Source: Caecitellus pseudoparvulus
Lineage: Eukaryota > Protista > Bigyra: Bicosoecida
Direction of reading: 5' to 3'
Length of the DNA: 64,000 nucleotides
Assembly: GCA_965644315.1 (NCBI GenBank)
Contig: CBFFRQ010000078.1
Coordinates: 370,647 to 434,646 of the forward strand
The notes below the pieces were generated by a model, which was not told where the DNA came from, did not search any database, and saw only the letters and a list, made by a program, of their open reading frames with translations. Position numbers and translations under genes: made by a program. Positions 63,944-64,000 of the stretch are shown here, piece by piece (the stretch's first letter is position 1; every line of letters begins with the position of its first letter).

Positions 63944-64000
63944 CACTAAATCCATTATAACCCTTAACACTTAATCACTAAATCACTAAACACTAAATCC
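63944..64000 (+). repeat. Degenerate CACTAAA(T) short repeats
   Basis: cactaaa at 63944, 63976, 63984 and 63991, with variant cacttaat at 63968. The array runs off the window end. Confidence 0.7.

Larger units (their letters stand above)
63490..64000. mobile_element. Abrupt AT-rich segment; candidate terminus of an inserted foreign element (virophage/Polinton-like?)
   Basis: Sharp compositional break from GC-rich host DNA to roughly three-quarters A+T (by eye), hairpins at the junction, and no diagnostic ORF within the window. Confidence 0.4.

Noticed and set aside
63944-64000. CACTAAA repeats as a true telomere
   Set aside because: They are degenerate, and the C-rich strand is on +, the wrong orientation for a right chromosome end.
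1-64000. tRNA, rRNA or structured ncRNA genes
   Set aside because: None recognised by eye; a tRNAscan-SE or Infernal run would be needed to exclude them.

Overview
This is GC-rich, very compact eukaryotic nuclear DNA with short (about 65-100 nt) GT-AG introns. The style suggests a protist, possibly a heterotrophic stramenopile, but that is inference only. Positions 1-47 kb hold about 16 tightly packed genes: a nucleotide-sugar transporter, an SPFH protein, a sphingomyelin/IPC synthase, ARMH3-like and PET117-like proteins, an OPT/YSL transporter, a membrane-anchored F-box protein, VWA8, an orphan, ELP1, a Kelch protein, an alpha/beta-hydrolase, two tandem genes with a divergent AP2-like repeat, an EF-hand MscS channel and an RCC1/Cys-rich multi-TM receptor. 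Positions 47-63 kb look accessory, lower in GC and intron-poor: an Asteroid/PIN nuclease, a 38-aa ankyrin array, a Cys-rich surface protein, a complete 3,691-bp PIF/Harbinger transposon (perfect 23-bp TIRs, TTA target-site duplication, two convergent genes) and a GT61-like gene. The last ~510 bp switch abruptly to very AT-rich, hairpin-bordered sequence, possibly the edge of an integrated virophage or Polinton-like element. A recurring sense-strand motif, CAATGCA (consensus about AATRCA), lies just downstream of most stop codons and is a candidate non-canonical polyadenylation signal. All calls come from motif recognition by eye; no database searches were run.
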